From assembly GCA_963777155.1 (NCBI GenBank), contig CAVZPM010000036.1, positions 1 to 64,000 on the forward strand: DNA of 64,000 nt, given 5' to 3'. Positions within the stretch are counted from its first letter, which is position 1, and each line of letters opens with the position of its first letter. The notes under the pieces are model-generated. The model saw nothing but the letters and a program-made list of their open reading frames with translations. It searched no databases and was not told where the DNA came from. Shown in pieces: positions 58,594 to 64,000 of the stretch. Source of the DNA: Candidatus Bathyarchaeota archaeon (GTDB lineage Archaea; Thermoproteota; Bathyarchaeia; Bathyarchaeales; Bathycorpusculaceae). A program made the position numbers and the translations under genes.

Positions 58594-59076
58594 TTATTGT
58601 TTGGTTTCAGCCAAGTAGACGGTTACGTTGCCATCTTTATCCTTGGTCACGCGAGTCTTAATTTTGCGTGGAGGCTTCTCGATTCCTCTGTCCCAAACCT
58701 TCTCATTAACCTCTTTGCTAATGACCAGTTGAGGCAACTCTTCTTCTTCCTCTTCCTCAGAAACCTTCATCTCAAGCTTCATGTGTTTAGTAACAAAGAT
58801 TTTGATAAGCTGCATCGCGCGTGGAGCACGTTTCTTTGGTGGACGAACCAGTGCTTTCTGCAGTGGAATTGTATAGAATCTTTCTTCAACGATTTCTTCT
58901 TCTTTCTTCTTCTTTTTCTTTGTGACAGCTTCCTCTTTTTCCTCTGCCGCTTCTTCTACTGCTGGAACCTGCTCTTTAATGGCTTCTTCAGCTACAAGTT
59001 CTTCCTCTGGCATCTCTGCTAATTCTTCAGTTTCTTCCTCTTTTATTGCTTGAGTAACTTTAGTTTCTTTGGCCAT
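58594..59076 (-). CDS. rpl31e: Ribosomal protein L31e with acidic N-terminal extension
   Basis: ERFYTIPL, KRAPRA, VNEKVW.RGIEKPPRKI. Confidence 0.94.
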   Translation of the reverse strand: MAKETKVTQAIKEEETEELAEMPEEELVAEEAIKEQVPAVEEAAEEKEEAVTKKKKKKEEEIVEERFYTIPLQKALVRPPKKRAPRAMQLIKIFVTKHMKLEMKVSEEEEEEELPQLVISKEVNEKVWDRGIEKPPRKIKTRVTKDKDGNVTVYLAETKQ

Positions 59077-59091
59077 GGCTTCCTAATTCTC

Positions 59092-59250
59092 CTATGCTCT
59101 TATCTTCCTTGTTCTCCAATTGCGTCTCTGCTTTGGGTTATTCCTGACTTTACCGTCAGTTCTGGCAATTACCCATGTTGGAACGGACTGTGATTCTTTG
59201 CCAGCTTTGGCTAATCGGAGTTTTTTTCCTGGTGGTTTGACTCTTGCCAT
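59092..59250 (-). CDS. rpl39e: Ribosomal protein L39e
   Basis: Read manually: [52 protein letters not shown]; below the ORF track cutoff. Confidence 0.94.
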   Translation of the reverse strand: MARVKPPGKKLRLAKAGKESQSVPTWVIARTDGKVRNNPKQRRNWRTRKIRA

Positions 59251-59252
59251 TT

Positions 59253-59585
59253 CTATATCCTTCTGATTTGTGTCTCTCGCTTCCGTGATTGAAGCTGAAC
59301 TAGGATCTGTTTGAGCTGTGCGTCTGAAAGTGGAATGGGCAACTTTCCGGTTTGCGCCATCTCAATCAGCTGCATCTCAATATTTTCGGTGAAGTCTTTT
59401 TTAACCATTTTCAGGTTATTTAGCCTTTGCCGAGCTTCAGGCGCCAATATCTTGCTAAGCAACGCCTCTTTTTGTGCTTCGTATTGTTGTTCTGCTTGAG
59501 CTTGCCTTTGCTCATCACTCATGCGACGGTTCTGCATCGACAAAAGTTTTCGTTTACGGATTTGGTCAAGCTCATCATCAGACAT
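59253..59585 (-). CDS. PDCD5-like DNA-binding protein
   Basis: [24 protein letters not shown]; synteny after S19e. Confidence 0.92.
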   Translation of the reverse strand: MSDDELDQIRKRKLLSMQNRRMSDEQRQAQAEQQYEAQKEALLSKILAPEARQRLNNLKMVKKDFTENIEMQLIEMAQTGKLPIPLSDAQLKQILVQLQSRKRETQIRRI

Positions 59586-59590
59586 TGCTT

Positions 59591-60055
59591 CTATTCGCCT
59601 TGATACTTCTTGAGCTCAGGGATAGTTTTAACTATTTCTTTTGATAAGTCTCCAGCGATTTCTTGAAGCAGTTTGCGTCCTTTTGGACTCATAACTCTTC
59701 CTTTTGGCTTTGAAATCTGAACTAAACCTGCAGTTTCAAGTTGCTGCAGCACCTTACGGATATCGCTTCCACCAGCTTTCACAACGCGGTTAGGCTTGCT
59801 GCCTCTATTCTTTTTTCCGCCGTATTCAGCACGCAGTTTTTCAAGCCCGATGGGACCATGAATGTAGACTTTGCGTAGAATAGAAGCGCTACGTGTGTAC
59901 CACCAGTTAGGGCTTTGTGGTTGTTTTTCAACATGCATACCTGTTTTAGCGAAGGTTGCCCATGGAAGAGGTTGAATTTCGTCAACGTTTTCCCTAAGAT
60001 ACTTGGCTAATCTATCGATGAATTTTGAAGCTGGAACGTCATGAGGAGTGGTCAA
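59591..60055 (-). CDS. rps19e: Ribosomal protein S19e
   Basis: DVPA..FI..LA, WWYTRSASILRK, LQQLE.AGLV; TTG start at 60055. Confidence 0.95.
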   Translation of the reverse strand: MTTPHDVPASKFIDRLAKYLRENVDEIQPLPWATFAKTGMHVEKQPQSPNWWYTRSASILRKVYIHGPIGLEKLRAEYGGKKNRGSKPNRVVKAGGSDIRKVLQQLETAGLVQISKPKGRVMSPKGRKLLQEIAGDLSKEIVKTIPELKKYQGE

Positions 60056-60199
60056 AGATGCTCTATCCTTTGGTTTTTCCTTGCAGTTAAACATTGACGA
60101 CTAATATAAATATTCTCTGGGCAAATATTGTAGGTTACGCGTGGAGGGTTATTTGGTTAGTTTTAGTTTTTAATCTATCTTCCGGGAAAAAGCTTCCCC

Positions 60200-60399
60200 T
60201 TAGAAAGCCAATCGACTAAAAACGTGCTTCAACCTTACCCCTGCTCCCTGATCAGCAAAAACCAGCGCCCTTACCTCCACGCAACCACGCATAAACCGTT
60301 CAAAAGCACCCGTCACCGTGCAGCCACTGCCAGAACAATCGCCTTGAAATCGCCATAGAGCGAGGGGTCAAACCTTAACCGATAGTAACCCTTAGCCAT
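60200..60399 (-). pseudogene. Broken ribbon-helix-helix-like ORF
   Basis: MAKGYYRLRFDPSLYGDFKAIV, shift, SGCTVTGAFERFMRGCVE..., then a further break. Confidence 0.35.
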
Positions 60400-60540
60400 A
60401 ATCACCCACTGTATAAACAAAATGTATAAACAAACCATATAAGCTCCCGCCCCAGCAAAAAAGAAGTCACACACACATTCCCCAACTAAAAAAACACAAC
60501 CTAAAAACACCCAAACCCAAAGATTAAATTAACAAGAAGA

Positions 60541-60855
60541 TTACGGGATGGTTTTGGGTTCATCCGGCTCTACGGCTTTGCGTTTTCTGAAGAGAATGAA
60601 CACGTGTCCTCTGACCTCAACTAAGGCAGCGTTGGTTTGTTCAGCTGCGTTAGCCGCAATTGCTTGAGCCGTAACTTCACCCTGCATTGCAGCGGGCAAA
60701 ATGCGTACCTTAACCATCTTGTTTTTCTGAAGTTGTTTTTCCATTTCCGCGGCTAGCTGAGGCGTCAATCCTTCTTTGCCAACCCAAATCGTTGGGTTCT
60801 CATCTTTCAGTACGTGCCTAACGTGGCGTTTCATTCTGGTTGTTATCTTGCTCAA
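60541..60855 (-). CDS. yhbY: YhbY/CRM-domain RNA-binding protein
   Basis: IWVGKEGLT, MVKVRIL, EVRGH.FILFR. Confidence 0.9.
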   Translation of the reverse strand: MSKITTRMKRHVRHVLKDENPTIWVGKEGLTPQLAAEMEKQLQKNKMVKVRILPAAMQGEVTAQAIAANAAEQTNAALVEVRGHVFILFRKRKAVEPDEPKTIP

Positions 60856-61177
60856 ATTCGTTGTTCTCCTTTTTCTTTAACATTATGCGTGTTTGGTTGC
60901 CGCAGTTTAAACATGTTATTACAACATGAGGCTCCCTTTTCTGCTTTACCCTAACCCGGCAGTTAACACCATGCACAAAGAGGCTGTTGCATTCTTTGCA
61001 GGTTTCCCGCCGAAAATCCAGTGGCATACGAATCCTTGCCGCCATGGCAATCCGCCTGGCCGAAGCAACATACTGCATCGCCAATTTAGGGTCCTCTCTA
61101 CGCACTTTCTTGGCTTGCTCAAACAGAATCGCTATCCGTTGCCGCGCAATTTGTTTAACATTGGCTTGCTGATTCAT
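60818..61177 (-). CDS. rnp4: RNase P protein Rpp21/Rpr2
   Basis: IARQRI..LF, CKECNS, RVRVK, TCLNCG. Confidence 0.92.
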   Translation of the reverse strand: MNQQANVKQIARQRIAILFEQAKKVRREDPKLAMQYVASARRIAMAARIRMPLDFRRETCKECNSLFVHGVNCRVRVKQKREPHVVITCLNCGNQTRIMLKKKENNEFEQDNNQNETPR

Positions 61178-61233
61178 CGACTCTACCAAACAACCTCAAA
61201 AGCTCGGTCCAATTACATAACACTTGCGCCCAA

Positions 61234-62124
61234 TCACGAAACTTTTTGGGAAAGCTCAAACTTTAGCTGCTCAAGAGCTTTATCCATCGTTAACGGCTTG
61301 CAACGCAGGGCTTTTTGGGCTTTGGAAGTGTCCAATGAGGAATCAGCTGGACGTTTAGCTGGCCAAGTAAACTGCGAGGATAATACCTTATCGATTAGAC
61401 CCATGTCTAAGCCGAATGCTTCGGCGATTTGGGCTGGCAAACTCGAATCTGCTAACCCGTGTGGCACCACACAGATGGTAAATACCAGTTAGTCTGCGCT
61501 CTGCCACTTCAAGAGTCATCTCAGCCAAATTCGTGTTAAGTGTAGGTGTGTTCCATTGGTCAGTTACAATCTTGACTCTTTCGCCTTTTCGCAGGGTTTC
61601 GATTAGCCAGAGGGCAAAGTTGACTTTTCCCGCTGCCGGGGTAGAACCATAGATAACGCTTGGGCGGGCAATGAAGTATTCAGATTGGGTCTGGACGATT
61701 TCTTCTGCTTTAAGCTTGGTTAAGCCATAGTAGTTGATTGGGTCAGGTTTGTCGGTTTCTTTGTAGTTGCCTTTTTCACCGCTAAAGACGTAGTCTGTAG
61801 AAATATAGATTAAAAAAGACCCTGCGTTTGTGCAGCTTCTACAATGTTTTTTGTGCCCTCAACGTTTACTTTCCAAGCGAGCTCCTTGTTTGTCTCACAT
61901 TTATCGACATCAGTCAAGGTTGCTGCATGGACCACAACGTCTGGCTTTATGGTTTTGAAAGCTTCCTCGACCTGATGCTTCCCAGAAATGTCCAGTTTAA
62001 CAAAGTTGCCGTAGACCGATAGGCTCTGAATATCGGAGGAGTAAACCTCAATGCCCTTGGCTAACGCCAACTTTGCAAGTTTGGAACCGTAAAGCCCGCT
62101 TGCACCCGTAATCAGAAGCTTCAA
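61234..62124 (-). CDS. rmlD: dTDP-4-dehydrorhamnose reductase (frameshifts near 61815 and 61470)
   Basis: LITGASGLYG, HAATLTDVDKCE, YISTDYVFSG, YYGLTK, AKRP..SSLD. Confidence 0.88.
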
Positions 62125-63129
62125 TGAAGCCCACCAAGCTTCCAAGGAGTCGGATGAAGAATCACTTCAGTAGCAAACGGAGACCACCAATGCTCATTCG
62201 CAAGGTACCATTTTACAGTTGACTCAAGAGACTTCTCGAAACTAAACTTTGGTTTCCAACCCAGCTCCCTGCGAGTTTTCGTCGAATCCAAACTGTATCG
62301 TGGTGTCATGTCCAGGTCGGTCCTCCACGAACGTAATTAGGCTTTCAGGTTTCTTGAGCATAGCAATGATTTTCTTGACGATTTCAATGTTAGTAACTTC
62401 GTTACCTGCTGAGACATTGTAGATTTCGCCTGGCTTACCCTTCTCAAGCACGGTGCTTATGGCTTCGCAGTGGTCAACAACGTATATCCAGTCTCGGATG
62501 TTGGTTCCTTTGCCGTAGATGGGAATGGGAAGGTCTCGGAGTGCCCGGATTACGGTTTTAGGAATTAGTTTTTCAGGAAGCTGGTAGGGACCAAAGTTGT
62601 TGGTGCATCGTGTGATTGAAACGTTTAAGCCGAAAGTCTTGTGGTATGAGAGCACAAACATGTCTGCAGCTGCTTTTGAGGCTGAATAGGGATTAGACGG
62701 TTTAGGCGGAGTGTTCTCTGTAAAAGAGCCCTCGAGAGCTTCACCATAAACCTCATCGGTTGAAACCTGCAGAAGCCGCGCTTTATGGTTATGTCGTCTC
62801 ATGGCTTCTAGAATTGTGAAGGTGCCAAGAGTGTTGTTTTGTAGAAATACGTTTGGATCAGCGATGCTTCGGTCAACGTGTGTTTCCGCCGCGATGTTAA
62901 CTATAGCATCTACCTGATGAACCAAACGGTTCATGAGCTGAGGATTACAAATGTCGCCCTTGATGAAGGTGTACCGCTTATCATTTTCGATGTCATGCAG
63001 GCTTGCAGGGTTAGCGCCAATGCCCACTTTGTCAACATTTATCAATTCAAGGTCAGGGTGCTTTGCAAGCAGGTGCCTGCAGAAGTTGCTTCCGATAAAT
63101 CCTAAACCGCCAGTCACTAACACTTTCAT
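62121..63129 (-). CDS. rmlB: dTDP-glucose 4,6-dehydratase (frameshift near 62305)
   Basis: TGGLGFIG, AAETHVDRS, STDEVYG, PYSASKA, DRPGHD, then RYSLD in the next frame. Confidence 0.92.
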
Positions 63130-63135
63130 AGTATA

Positions 63136-63639
63136 TCACTTATGAGGTAGATAATTCCAATCCCAAGGTTTGCCAACACGTGGATCATTCTTTTTGCCGT
63201 TGATGATTTTTGGAATAAGTGTTGGGTCATTCCATTCGCGGCGTTCTTCGTCTGGATCTTGTGGGTTATAGAGGTTGGTTGTAAAATAAAGCAGCATAGC
63301 CGGTTCATTTCCGACTGCTTTAAACCCATGCCAATAGTGCCCCGGCATACGTACCACTTGCATATCTGAGCCGCTGGAGACAACTTCATCTAGCTCGCCA
63401 GTTTTGTCGTCAAAGCCACAAATCTTAATAGTGCCCTTCAGAGCCAAAAAATAGTCGTTTTGTCCTTTAACATGTCGATGCCAAGCACGAATAACACCTG
63501 GGAACGTAAATGAGTGGTTTGCTTGGGAAATCGTGTCTTCGCCAAAGAGGTCTTTCCAGTCGGTACGCATAACCTCGCTAAAGAAGCCTCTCTCGTCTGG
63601 AAAACGCCGAATTGGCCTAATTTTTATTCCTTGCAGCAT
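63136..63639 (-). CDS. rmlC: dTDP-4-dehydrorhamnose 3,5-epimerase family
   Basis: DERGFFSE, PGVIRAWH.H, WHGF. Confidence 0.9.
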   Translation of the reverse strand: MLQGIKIRPIRRFPDERGFFSEVMRTDWKDLFGEDTISQANHSFTFPGVIRAWHRHVKGQNDYFLALKGTIKICGFDDKTGELDEVVSSGSDMQVVRMPGHYWHGFKAVGNEPAMLLYFTTNLYNPQDPDEERREWNDPTLIPKIINGKKNDPRVGKPWDWNYLPHK

Positions 63640-63707
63640 GAGTTAAACCTTGTTTTGGCTGGAAATATATCGTTTAAAAAACTTTATAATGGTTGCCCTT
63701 ATTGGCG

Positions 63708-64000
63708 TTAAACCTCAACTTCTGAGTAATCGCCAACATGCAGTTTTATGGTTCTGTTCCTCTGGTTACGGGTGACCTTAGCGTTTTTGCCAATCAAACT
63801 GTCCTCAAGCCGCTCAATGTCTTTGACGGTTACGCTGTCCTGAATAACGCAGTATTCGATGTTGGAGCAAAGAATCTTAGAGTTATCACCAACGCTTGAG
63901 TAAGGTCCAATAAACGAGTTCTCGACATATGCATTCTTACCTATAACGCATGGTCCCCTGATTGTGCTGTTGATTATTTTTGCGTCAGGCATCACTTTGA
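63708..64000 (-). CDS. rmlA: Glucose-1-phosphate thymidylyltransferase (long form), C-terminal fragment
   Basis: IRGPCVIG, SFIGPYSSVG, EDSLIG, VGDYS; upstream of rmlC. Confidence 0.85.
   Translation of the reverse strand, partial: KVMPDAKIINSTIRGPCVIGKNAYVENSFIGPYSSVGDNSKILCSNIEYCVIQDSVTVKDIERLEDSLIGKNAKVTRNQRNRTIKLHVGDYSEVEV

Overview
Archaeal chromosomal window. Archaeal TFB, PurP, aIF-6, L31e/L39e/S19e and Rpp21 are present. The EF-2 paralogue, tandem AORs, Hdr/Mvh genes and general gene style suggest Bathyarchaeia (inference). In order, it holds: two tungsten aldehyde:ferredoxin oxidoreductase (AOR-family) genes with an Fe-S partner and MoaD; tRNA-Ile2/Met(CAU); an EF-2 paralogue lacking the diphthamide loop, coupled to an 8-oxoG glycosylase; purC-purP-purP and purE; an atypical CorA; hdrC-hdrB-mvhG-mvhA with flavodoxin and a maturation protease; an lsrF/dehydrogenase/nitroreductase region with a diverged ~620 bp tandem duplication; tRNA-Gln, TFB and SUI1; a 13 kb aromatic acid/amino acid cluster (ACD-GNAT, ACT, livGF, paaK, iorAB, livKHM, paaI); tRNA-Cys; the rpp21-yhbY-rps19e...ftsY superoperon; and rmlACBD. 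The most notable signal is an IorA carrying an in-frame four-cluster Fe-S domain closely similar to the AOR partner subunit encoded in the same window. Many genes have single-base frameshifts, most likely sequencing or assembly indels. No CRISPR array, rRNA or transposase was seen. Products are assigned by motif recognition only; no searches were run.
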